From NCBI GenBank assembly GCA_038087875.1, contig CM075982.1, positions 52,142,001-52,206,000 on the forward strand: 64,000 nt of DNA, written 5' to 3'. The first letter of the stretch is position 1, and each line of letters starts with the position of its first letter. Position numbers and translations under genes: made by a program. Source of the DNA: Malacoraja senta. Taxonomy: Eukaryota. The notes below the pieces were generated by a model. It made no database searches and was not told the DNA's origin. It saw nothing but the letters and a program-made list of their open reading frames with translations. Shown piece after piece: positions 37,659 through 47,984 of the stretch.

Positions 37659-39751
37659 GGAAGAGCATGCCTTCTTTTACCGAGAGGGCCGCCTTACTGT
37701 AGAGACCCTCTACCTGCTCACCCTCACTAACCGCTCTGAGGATGGCTTTTAAAACAGGATCCTGAGCTTGGACGGTCCTCAGGTCCAGAGGCAATGTGAC
37801 CTTTGGGGTCCCGACGTTTCCCTCCCTATCCTGGATCGCTGCTATCTGCCTGGGCCCATAGGGGTCCCAGAAAATGCCACTGCGGGCGCCCTCCTTAGCC
37901 AGGGCGTCCGCCTGTTGGTTGCCCTCCCCCCGGGGCTCTGTGGCGGAATGGGCCTTCACCTTGTGAATGAAGACCTCCCCTCTCTCCCCTACTGCGGCCA
38001 AGATCTGCTCTAGCAGGGCCTTAACTGTTAAAAGCCTTCCGTCCGAGGAAGTGTATCCGCAACGGGACCAGATGGCCAGGTACTCGGTACACCAGTTGCA
38101 GGTGAACATGCTGTCCGAGCAGATCGTGTACGGGGTTGGGAACATCTCTGGGTGGGTAACGACGTATGCCACTGCGGACAGCTCGGCCTGCTGCGCGCTC
38201 ATGGTGCTGGGGAGCTTAATCGCCAAGGCAATGCCTGCCTCGGGGTCATAAACTCCACACCCCGTGAGTCGTTCGCCAGCTGACACCATGCTGGAGCCGT
38301 CCACATAGATCTCCCGGCCTGTGGGATGGATCCCAGCCCGTAAACCTATGTCGACGTCCCAAACCCCCTCCACGGAACACCGATGGGCCGTTCCGGGATA
38401 TACCAAATTGGCCGCGAGCTTGGGCTCGCACAGGCCCTCAACCTTCAGATCCATCTGTGAAAGGAGGAGGGTCCAGCGCACGATGCGGGCGCTGCTGACA
38501 GTCCCATCTTTGATCCTTCCATCCAAAAGCATCTGGGTGGGTGTGTGGTGGGTGAGGAGAGTGATGGGAGAGGTCCCTGTGAAGATTAATGACCTCTTCA
38601 CTGCCCAATATGTGGCTAAAAGGTGCCTCTCGCAATTGGAGAAACTCCTCTCCACATCGGTGAGCACCCTGGAGGAGTACACCACTGGTCGCAGCCTGCC
38701 GTGCAGCTCCTGCAGCAGCACGGCACGCAGGCTGTCCCCACTGGCTGCCACCTCCAGAAAAAAACCTTTCTCTCTATCTATGGCTCCTAAGGCTGGTGCG
38801 GTTTGCAGATCCCCTTTTAACTTCTCGAACGCGGCCTGGCAACCCTCATCCCAAGACCACTCCACTCCCTTGTGTAGGAGTCGGAGTAGTGTGGCTGCGA
38901 TGGCCGCGTAGTCCTCGATGAAGTCCCTGCAATACCCGGTCAATCCCAGGAAAGACCTCACACCCCTTACTGTGCAGGGAATTGGCAACTCCCGTACTGA
39001 CTCCCTCCTAGCCTTATCTATGGCCCTTTCCCCAGCGAGGATGGTCAGACCCAAGAATTTTACTTCTGGCAGACCGATCCGTGCCTTTTTCGGGTTTACC
39101 TTAAAACCCTTCCTAGCCAGCAGCTCTAGCAGCTCGGCCAGCAGTGGACCGTGCTCCTCCTTCGTGTCTGTCAACAGGAGGAGGTCGTCCACATACTGCA
39201 CGATCTGGTGGCGCTGGCTAAATTCCCTCAGGCTATCCGCCATACACTGGTGAAAAATGCTGGGGCTGTTGTGGAAACCCTGTGGCAAGCAGCTCCATGT
39301 GTACTGTTGCCCTTTAAAGGTAAAGGCAAACTTGTACTGGTCCTTCCGCCGCAGCGGAATGGACCAAAACCCATTTGAAATATCCAGCACCGTGAACGTG
39401 GTCGCGGACGCTGGGATACTCCCTATGAGGTCGGCAGCTGCTGCCACCGTGGGTGCGCATGCGGGGATGTTACTGTTGAGGACCACCGCGGTAGTCCACT
39501 GTGGCCTTCCATGAGTTATCCGGTTTCCTAACCGGCCACAATGGAGAGTTCATGTGTGTGGCTATCGGCCTCAGCACGCCCTGCTGCACCAATGAAGACA
39601 TGGCTATCTCCAAATCGGGTTCCGCCTCCTTGGGGAAATTGTACTGCCTCTGGGGTCTGGTCATGGGGTCCCCGTCTACGCTAACCTCGAAACCGACTAC
39701 CCTACCACAATCGTGTCTGTGGGTTGCAAACGCGTTCAGGTTGTTCCCCAC
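37600..39751 (-). pseudogene. pol: Reverse transcriptase + degenerate RNase H tether + second RNase H
   Basis: NSPLWPVRKPDNSWKATVDYR, LDISNGFWSIPL, LPQGFHNSP, YVDDLLL; tether LEVAAS/ERHLLA/LTHH; active RNase H YVDGSS, SAQQAEL, CSDS, KVKAHS, GNQQADALAK. Confidence 0.95.
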
Positions 39752-40262
39752 ACTCTTGCAGTTTGGCCGGGACCTCCGCCACCATGCGCTCGAGGTCGTA
39801 ACCCTCGGGCGGTTTTATGGTGCACAGAGTCCCTTTCCGCTCTTCTCCCCTAATCACCATCATCTCACCCTTACTGCCCTTGTCCACCCAAAGGCAGTGG
39901 TTCCGTAAGTCCATGAGGATCCCATGGCTTACCAAAAAATCGGATCCAATGATCCCCTTCCCACCCCCTGCTGTCCACTTCATCAGGATACACTCCCATG
40001 TGGTGCGGAGTGCTCCCAAATGAATGGACAGCGGGATGGAATGCGCGCCAGCCTGTTCTCTCCCTGTGAACCCCACCAGTGCGAAAGTGGCCCCCGTGGA
40101 CAGGGGAGTGTCAAAGGGTTCCTCTGTGTGGACCACGGTGCATGAAGCCCCCGTGTCCACCAGGTAACTGCCCCTTTGCCTCCCCACTACCATCACCACA
40201 AGCGGCCTCTTCCACACATCGTAGTGGAGCGGACACAGATAGGCGGGCTGCGCGGGCTGATG
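39702..40262 (-). pseudogene. pro: Retroviral-type aspartic protease
   Basis: YLVDTGASCTVV and GIIGSDFL motifs; in frame with gag after a single TGA. Confidence 0.9.
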
Positions 40263-41977
40263 TCATTGGGGAATGTCCAGTGCCCCCCCCCCCGCACCCG
40301 GGGAGCCGGTAGCGACTGCCACCTTCCCCTGTGCGGCCATGAGGGACCGCATCACCTCGATCATCGATTCGATAATCTCGGGCTTAACTGGGACATCGGC
40401 GCGCAGGGTGGCGCCAACCCTATCTTCCTTGGTGTGGGCCCTGCAATCCTTCCGCCAGTGCCCCACCTTACCGCACCTGAAACACTTGGACTGTGCGGTA
40501 GGGTTACCCTCCTGTCGCCACTCCTTTTGGGCCGGTGCAGTAGCCTCCGCCACGTGCACCTTCCCTTTTACGAGTCGGGTAGACGTGCTCCAGCTGTTTC
40601 TATACCCTACGGTGAGACGGTCCAAAACCGCCTCCTCCGTGCTATTTGTGGGATCAAACCAGGCTTTCGCCTGCTCCCTGACGGCCACCAGGCTGTTTGA
40701 CACCAAACATCGGAGCCACTGGGCTCTCCCATTCCCGACCAGGTCATCCCGCGCGGGGACGTGCGGGCAGCTGCTCTGATACACTGGCCACAGTCGCGCC
40801 GCAAAAACCTTTGGGGGTTCTCCCTCTATCTTCCCCAATCGGGCAAATGGACCCTCATCGTCCATCCCCAAAACTTCCAGGACCTCGTCCCGTAGGAGAT
40901 CGTAGGTCCTGGTCCCTCTTTTACTCTCATCTGAGAGGCATTGGAGGATTGAGTTGTCCAGGGAGAACAGCAACATTTTTGCCCGTTCTTCCCCGTCGCA
41001 ACCGTTGATTGCGGCGGTTTGCTCGACCTCCCTAAAATGCAGCAAAGGGTCCCCTGATTCGGACAATTTCTTTACATGCCCGATCATGGGCCTTAACTGC
41101 TGGGAGTTGTGGGGCACCACGATCTCACTTTGAATGGGTCCGGCGTCCCCATTCAGCGCGGTGGGTCCCCGTCTGGTTTCCAGGACTGGGCACATGGGCG
41201 CCGGTGCCGAGTCCTCGACCGGGAGCTCCCCCGCCTCTCTCTCCCCTACACTACCCCTTTCCCAGGATGCCTCGTAGCTAGGGGGATCGTGGAGTCTGGG
41301 GGCCGAAGCCACCACGGTCTTTCTGAGGGCTGGAACCGGGACCTTCGCAACCGCTAGCTTTATTTAAAGCACCGCAGACCCTCTATCTCCTGCAGGCAGG
41401 CCCCGTGGTCGGCCTCTTCCGACCTGTCCTCCAAAGCCATTTTGTAGGCTGCCCTAACTCCCTTGAGGTTCTCTGCCTGGGCCTCCAACTGGCGGCTCAG
41501 GGAAGCACACTGCTCCCTGAGCTTGCCCTCACTGAGCATGGCCTCAGTGATCTGGCACTCCATCAGCTCTACCCTGGCCTCGTGGCGGTTGGTCACGGCC
41601 CGGCGCTCCTTGTTTAAGGAGTCCAGAGCCTCAATCAACCGGTGCCCACCCGCAGCCTTCTCCTCTACCTCCTCAAGAAGGTCGCTGATCAGGGCTGCCT
41701 GCGCCACAATCACGCGGTCCAAGAGCCGGACCTGTTTTTTGTAACATGTCAGCCAGACCGCCTTCTCCACAGATTTCTTATGGGCTTTGCTGGCCGTCCA
41801 CCGGATCGCTGCATCCAGTGGGCGCTTGTCCTCCAATAAATCACAAATCCACTGTTTGGTAATATTGACCTTGCTAAAAACATAGTCCGCAATGCGCTCG
41901 TCCATTACGTTCCTAGTCTTCAACTCCTTTTCTGGCACCCTATCGTCCTGCTGCCAGCGTCCCTTCGTGGTTGCCAT
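40263..41977 (-). pseudogene. gag: Gag (coiled-coil N-terminus, PPxY, capsid-like region, CCHC knuckle); one frameshift near 41350
   Basis: Heptad-rich 41360-41750 region, DPPSYE, GEPPKVFAARL (MHR-like), CFRCGKVGHWRKDC. Confidence 0.85.
41960..41976 (-). other. Primer binding site, tRNA-Arg(UCG)
   Basis: Minus TGGCAACCACGAAGGGA, 5 nt after LTR end, complementary to the vertebrate tRNA-Arg-TCG 3' end TCCCTTCGTGGTTG-CCA (recalled sequence). Confidence 0.8.
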
Positions 41978-41981
41978 AATC

Positions 41982-42804
41982 TGTAAGGGTTTTCTGCGTC
42001 GAGCTTTCGCCCGACCTAAGGTCCCTGTGCCTTGCTCTGCCCCTCGACCAGGCCGCGCACACTGGTTCCCCGTGAGTGGCTCGACCCACTCACCCCCTGC
42101 GGTTCTAGACACTGGACTTAGTTGCAGGAGCGTTGATAGTGTCGAAAATTCAACCAGACCAGATTTGAAGACCAGGGTTTAAACAGGAAAAAAACTTTTA
42201 TTTATCGGTTGGGACTACGGTACATGAATACTTTGACACAGTTCTACAAGGCATATGCATAATTACAGTTCCTGTTTCGGGATCATACACGCAATAACTA
42301 CGATACAATACTCGAGTGCGGGATGGAGAACGTACGGCACATCGTAAAATTTGCCAGCACTTCTTACACTTACACCCACGTTAATATAACCCCTCCCCCT
42401 CCCCTCTACACTAAACTATGTCCAGGATGTGCAGGATCGGGGTACATGCTCACCATGGGGCGATTACTGAGGTTACTGGCTGGTCGTGCTGCTTCCTCCG
42501 ATTAGGTGGCTGTGGAAGGGTCGGCGGCGATCGTCTCGGTCTTTCGGGTGGTCCCGGGGGTTCACCTCGCCCAGGGGTCCTACTGCTTTCCTTTAATTTT
42601 TTCCTTTTCTTTCCACGTGGCGGGGACTCCAGCCGGAGTGTGTGTCACACTAGACACCGTGTACTTTTAAGCGCTGTCCTGTGTCCTCTCTCTCTCTCCG
42701 CAAGTCTCCAGATTCATTCAGTGACTCCTTCTGTGTCTCCCTCCTTTCCTTTTTAAACCCAAAAATCGTGGCCAGTTATTCTAATCCTGACCCGTCCTAT
42801 CTCC
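41982..42804 (-). repeat. 5' LTR, truncated (lacks outer ~530 bp of U3)
   Basis: Aligns to 33171-33969 with about 20 differences and one ~25-bp indel, then switches abruptly to duplicated host sequence. Confidence 0.92.
42448..42456 (-). promoter_or_regulatory. Candidate ATG + splice donor in LTR (ATG|GTGAGC)
   Basis: Minus strand gccccATGgtgagc, conserved in both LTRs (ATG also at 33645-33647). Confidence 0.55.
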
Positions 42805-43010
42805 ATGGATATGGATATGAGTTATGTGCAAGTGGGTAAGTGATGGTCTTGGCATTGTGTTCGGCACAGACATTGTGGGCCGAAGGGCCTGTTCTTGTGC
42901 AGTACTGTTCTAAGTTCTATGTTCTAAATGAGTTGCTGTCTGTTTTATTTGTCCCTGGTTAAATTCCAAAATATGTCCACATCCAACAAAAGTATCTGTT
43001 AATAGATAAT
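42805..43010 (+). repeat. Right copy of 206-bp host duplication
   Basis: Matches 32965-33170. Confidence 0.95.
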
Positions 43011-43916
43011 AGATACAGCATGATTATTTTGTATGGATGTATTTTGGGGTATGTGAACAAAGCAAGTTAATATATTTGTAACATAACGAGAATAAGTATG
43101 ATTGAATAAAATTGTAATCTGATAATAGTGAATAGCGTTCTTTGGTGTTGCAGATCTTAGATCTTTTACTAAATTAAGCAGATAAACTGGAGCTGAACTT
43201 TCAGTGTATAAATGCTATTGGGGAACAATGTACCTACTGTAACTGTGTTCAAGGAATCTTTATGCTTATGAATGCTTAAACATCACCAAATTATGAAAAC
43301 ATGTATTCGGAAACTACTGGCCATCTTCACCTTCAGTATTAGACAGATAGCTCCACTGAAGTCAATGCAATAGGATAAGGTTTGGGATGGATAATGGCCT
43401 GTTAATTGGCTATTGCCTGTTTTACCACCCAACCAAAGTCAAGAACTACCTTTGTGATTTTTGCAATTTCATAGATAATGAAGCAAAAAAGCCGGCCATC
43501 ACATTACTTGAGATGATTTCCAAGATAGCAGGGGAAAAGATGTAAATTCACATTCACCGCGCTGCAAGCTTTTGTGGCTTCCGTAAGAAAACATCACAAG
43601 GAACTTTTTCCTGCCCTCCAAGTTTGCAGAGGAATTGAACATGGAAGTCTATCATAGAAACTCGAACACAGGGTTTATTTGCAGCAGAATTTAGGATGAC
43701 AGTGAAAGGATTTCATGAGTACCTCCAAAGAGTGCCTCCAAGGAGTAGCACAGTTCATAGATACATATGATAGAAGTAATGGTAAAGGAAACGTTAAACT
43801 ATTAATGGGAAAGTTGTAGCAAAGTTTTGGAAATAGCAATGTTGTTCAATCTCTTTGCAATGAATGGAAAATTGCCAACACATTTGGGATTTCATTGATT
43901 TGGGCACAATAGAGGT

Positions 43917-46900
43917 GTGAAGTATGGATTATTCTGTGCTCATTTAGAGACCATATCTTTCTTGAGAGCACAGAGAACTCATTCAGGGATTTGTCCACTG
44001 GGAGCGCTTCCAGTACTCACCAGGAGGTCGCCTTCACCGACCTCCACGTCGATGCTGCCGCCGACCTTCACCTGCCTACCGATGACGCCCAGGCTCGCCG
44101 CTTCTACGGTAACTCGGACTTCCTTCCCCTCGCCGATTCCTCGCCGCCCCCCGGGACCTCCCAGCATCGCCGCCGGACCGGGCCCATCCAGCATCGCCGC
44201 CGGACCGGGCCCACTCTACACGGCCGCCGGACCGGGGATCCACGAACTTGGCCGCCGCACCGCACCCTATTCACCCCGTCGCCTCACCGGACTGGTCGAA
44301 CCGCGCCGCCCCACCGACCATCCGCCTACCGGGACCTCCCACGCATCGCCCGTGGACCCCGACTCTACTGCCCACCTACCCCGACCATCGGGTCCGCCGA
44401 CCCTCGCCACTGCAACGCCCTCCAGCCCCACCGACCCCGACTACACTGCCCACGGACCCCGACCGTCGGGTCCGCTGACCCTCGCCACTGCACCTCCCTC
44501 CAGCAGCCCGCAGCCGTCGCCTTACCTGCAAACTGGACTCTGTACTGGGCCTGAAGCCTCCACGCTGTTCACTCCCACTCTCCTGGGTTTGACTCCACTG
44601 TGTCCTAGCGCTAGTCTGCCTAGCCCTGGTTATCTCAGTGGCAGTTCCACTGATTCTTCCCCATCCCTCTCCAACTATGGGACCACTTCTCTTCCACACC
44701 CACACCACTGCCCTCTCACCCCCCCACCCCCTGACCACCCACCACCCCCCCACCACACATCGCCTCGTCCCCATTACACCCACCTGCCTTCCTCCGGCCC
44801 CAACCCCCATCCCTGCCGGGTGTTCACCATCCCCCCCGACCTCCCCCTCTCCGACATCGAACGGTCTGTCCTCAGCAGAGGTCTTACCTTTGTCCCCCTC
44901 CGTCCCCATCTCAATGAGTTCCGTGCCCTCCATGACTTGGAACGCTTCTACCGTCGCCTCCGCCTCACAGCTCACTTCCATGGGAAGCAGTCCTCGCTCC
45001 CCACTGATGACCCCTTTTCCCGTCTCCAACGCACCCCATCCTCATGGAACCCCCTTCGCAGCCTTCCGGCTTTAGAACTCTTTATTAAAAACTGCCGCCG
45101 TGACATCAACCGCCTCAACTTCTCCACTCCCCTGTCTCACTCCAATCTCTCCCCCCTTGAACGCACTGCCATCGACTCACTCCGCAACAACCTAGATTGG
45201 GTTATCAAACCCGCCGACAAGGGAGGTGCCGTGGTAGTCTGGCGCGTCGACCTCTACAAAGCTGAGGCCACGCGCCAACTCTCGGACACCTCTTCCTACT
45301 TACCCCTGGACCATGACCCCACTGACGAGCACCAGGCCTCCAGCACCATCACCAACTTCATCCACTCCCACGCCCTGCCCGAACGAGCCTCCAACCTCAT
45401 CGTTCCCCAGCCCCGCACAGCCCGCTTTTACCTTCTCCCCAAAATCCACAAACCAGACTGTCCCGGTAGACCCATTGTCTCTGCCTGTTCTTGCCCCACC
45501 GAACTCATCTCCACCTACCTCGACTCCATACTATCCCCCTTGGTTAAATCCCTCCCCACCTATGTTCAAGACACCTCAGACACTCTCCATCATCTCCGCG
45601 CATTCCACTCTCTAGGCCCTCACCCCCTCATCTTCACCATGGACGTCCAGTCACTGTACACCTCCATCCCCCACCAGGATGGTCTCAAAGCCCTCCGTTT
45701 TTTCCTCGACCGTAGAAGCAATCTATACCCGGCCACTGACACCCTCCTCCGCCTAGCGGAGCTGGTACTTACACTTAATAACTTTTCATTTGACTCCTCC
45801 CATTTCCTCCAAATACAAGGCGTAGCTATGGGCACACGCATGGGCCCCAGCTACGCCTGCCTCTTTGTCGGGTACGTAGAACAATCCCTGTTCAATGCGT
45901 ACCAGGGCCCCATCCCCGACCTCTACCTCCGCTACATCGATGATTGTTTTGGTGCCACATCCTGCACCCACACACAACTGACTGACTTCATCCGCTTCAC
46001 CACCAACTTCCATCCGGCACTCAAATACACCTGGACCATTTCCGACACTTCCCTACCATTCCTTGACCTCACTATCTCCATCGCAGGTGATAGACTCCTT
46101 ACCGACATCCACTACAAACCTACCGACTCCCATGGCTATCTGGACTACACTTCTTCCCACCCTGCTTCCTGTAAGGACTCCATCCCCCACTCCCAATTCC
46201 TCCGTCTACGCCGCATCTGCTCCCAGGATGAGGCGTTCCACACCAGGGCATCTGAAATGTCCTCATTCTTCAGGGAACGGGGGTTCCCCTCCTCCACCAT
46301 AGATGAGGCTCGCACCAGGGTCTCTGCCATACCCCGCAACACTGCTCTCTCTCCCCATCCCCCCACTCACAACAAAGGCAGAGTCCCCCTAGTCCTCACC
46401 TTTCACCCCACCAGCCGTCACATACAACAAGTGATCCTCCGTCAGTTTCGCCACCTCCAACGTGACCCCACCACTCGCCACATCTTCCCATCTCCCCCTA
46501 TGTCTGCCTTCCGCAAAGACCGCTCCCTCCGTAACTCCCTTGTCAATTCTTCCCTTCCCTCCCATACCACCCCCTCCCCTGGTACTTTCCCTTGCAACCG
46601 CAAGAGATGCAACACTTGTCCCTTCACTTCCCCCCTCCACTCCATTCCAGGACCCAAGCAGTCGTTCCAGGTGCGACAGAGGTTCACCTGCATCTCCTCC
46701 AACCTCATTTATTGCATTCGCTGCTCTAGATGCCAGCTGATCTACATCGGTGAGACCAAGCGGAGGCTTGGCGATCGTTTCGCCGAACACCTCCGGTCGG
46801 TCCGCAATAACCAACCTGAACTCCCGGTGGCTCAGCACTTCAACTCCCCCTCCCATTCCGTATCTGACCTCTCTGTCCTGGGTCTCCTCCATGGCCACAG

Positions 46901-46997
46901 CGAGCAACACCGTAAATTGGAGGAAATGCACCTCATATTCCGCTTGGGCAGTCTACATCCTGGTGGCCTGAACGTTGAATTCTCCCAATTCTGCTAG
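43917..46997 (+). CDS. Penelope-like (Neptune-type) RT + GIY-YIG endonuclease, uninterrupted ORF; true 5' start uncertain (first ATG 44052)
   Basis: IKPADKGGAVVV, LPKIHK..GRPIVS, MDVQSLYTSIP, GVAMGTRMGP, YLRYIDD, CNRKRCNTC linker, NLIYCIRC..YIGETKR..RFAEH. Confidence 0.93.
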   Translation: MKYGLFCAHLETISFLRAQRTHSGICPLGALPVLTRRSPSPTSTSMLPPTFTCLPMTPRLAASTVTRTSFPSPIPRRPPGPPSIAAGPGPSSIAAGPGPLYTAAGPGIHELGRRTAPYSPRRLTGLVEPRRPTDHPPTGTSHASPVDPDSTAHLPRPSGPPTLATATPSSPTDPDYTAHGPRPSGPLTLATAPPSSSPQPSPYLQTGLCTGPEASTLFTPTLLGLTPLCPSASLPSPGYLSGSSTDSSPSLSNYGTTSLPHPHHCPLTPPPPDHPPPPHHTSPRPHYTHLPSSGPNPHPCRVFTIPPDLPLSDIERSVLSRGLTFVPLRPHLNEFRALHDLERFYRRLRLTAHFHGKQSSLPTDDPFSRLQRTPSSWNPLRSLPALELFIKNCRRDINRLNFSTPLSHSNLSPLERTAIDSLRNNLDWVIKPADKGGAVVVWRVDLYKAEATRQLSDTSSYLPLDHDPTDEHQASSTITNFIHSHALPERASNLIVPQPRTARFYLLPKIHKPDCPGRPIVSACSCPTELISTYLDSILSPLVKSLPTYVQDTSDTLHHLRAFHSLGPHPLIFTMDVQSLYTSIPHQDGLKALRFFLDRRSNLYPATDTLLRLAELVLTLNNFSFDSSHFLQIQGVAMGTRMGPSYACLFVGYVEQSLFNAYQGPIPDLYLRYIDDCFGATSCTHTQLTDFIRFTTNFHPALKYTWTISDTSLPFLDLTISIAGDRLLTDIHYKPTDSHGYLDYTSSHPASCKDSIPHSQFLRLRRICSQDEAFHTRASEMSSFFRERGFPSSTIDEARTRVSAIPRNTALSPHPPTHNKGRVPLVLTFHPTSRHIQQVILRQFRHLQRDPTTRHIFPSPPMSAFRKDRSLRNSLVNSSLPSHTTPSPGTFPCNRKRCNTCPFTSPLHSIPGPKQSFQVRQRFTCISSNLIYCIRCSRCQLIYIGETKRRLGDRFAEHLRSVRNNQPELPVAQHFNSPSHSVSDLSVLGLLHGHSEQHRKLEEMHLIFRLGSLHPGGLNVEFSQFC

Positions 46998-47245
46998 CCC
47001 TGGCTGTCCCCTCCCCTTCATCAGCCATCTGGTTGTCTCCTCCCCTCCCCCAGCCCTCGGGCTCCTCCTCCTCCTTTTCCTTTTTTCCTTTCTTCTCCCC
47101 ACCCCCTATCAGTCTGAAGAAGGGTTTCGGCCCGAAACGTTACCTATTTCCTTCGCTCCATAGATGCTGCTGCACCCGCTGAGTTTCTCCAGCATTTTTG
47201 TGTACCTTCGATTTTCCAGCATCTGCAGTTCCTTCTTTAACACAT
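43985..47245 (+). mobile_element. Young Penelope-like element with 3' pLTR
   Basis: C-rich ORF followed by pyrimidine-rich 3' UTR, hammerhead motif and pLTR tail shared with many short copies. Confidence 0.88.
47110..47146 (+). ncRNA. Minimal hammerhead ribozyme-like motif in PLE pLTR
   Basis: CTGAAGA-agggtttcggccc-GAAA-cg-TT: conserved core, short stem II, palindromic ACGT stem III; minimal hammerheads are known in PLEs. Confidence 0.65.
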
Positions 47246-47984
47246 TAGCAACCACTCATCGCGGTGGCAGTTGCAGAAGATTAGTGTGTGCTACCATTTG
47301 ATGGAGTGTTCATTGGCAGCAGATATCAGGTAATAATCAGCTCACACTGCTTAAAGCAGAGGTGGTAGCAATACCTGGGATAGTTTGTTGCACACCGGTA
47401 TCTTTTTAATCTACATTCTGCCGCATCTATTAGATGTACATGCAGGGACTCATTTGGAAGTGTACACATTCTCTTTGACCTTTCTTTGACCATCAGATGC
47501 CACATAATGTCAAAAAAAATAATGTCATGTTGGCCAATATAGGATTCCATGTTTCACCACATGATTTTGTAGCCTTTTTAAAACCATGTAATGTTTGCAT
47601 ATATCCTTCTGCATTTGGCTCTGAGGCTGTGGCTAAAGCTTATCTAAAGATCTGATTGAAAACAGAACCGCTTATGCCCGATCTGCTCGCCCATCTCTTT
47701 CTCAGTCTTTGTCTTGCCTTTTTTCTATTATTATGTTTTCCTTTGTTCACATTTAAATCAGAAATCCCACCAATGACCCCCCACCAAGCATCAGGAACCA
47801 GACACTTGCCAATACTACGATTCTGAAGCTTTTATCGATTTAATTGCACAAGCTGACTAATGGCATTTATTCACAATTTTTGAAGAAAATAATGTTCATC
47901 TGTGTATCTATTCTCTTTTTGTCCGCTCAAACCTGTGCAGCTTCAAGTTTTTAAGAAAAGCCAGTTCAAAATAAAGTCTAAAAA

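Larger units (their letters stand above)
33171..42804 (-). mobile_element. Endogenous retrovirus-like LTR element (spuma/loki-like RT, dual RNase H), defective
   Basis: LTR-PBS-gag-pro-RT-tether-RNaseH-IN-extra ORF-PPT-LTR order on minus strand; several frameshifts/stops. Confidence 0.93.

Noticed and set aside
41982-42804. LINE-mediated retrocopy as explanation for the truncated 5' LTR
   Set aside because: The 3' LTR is complete through U5 with a CA end and has no poly(A) or LINE-type tail
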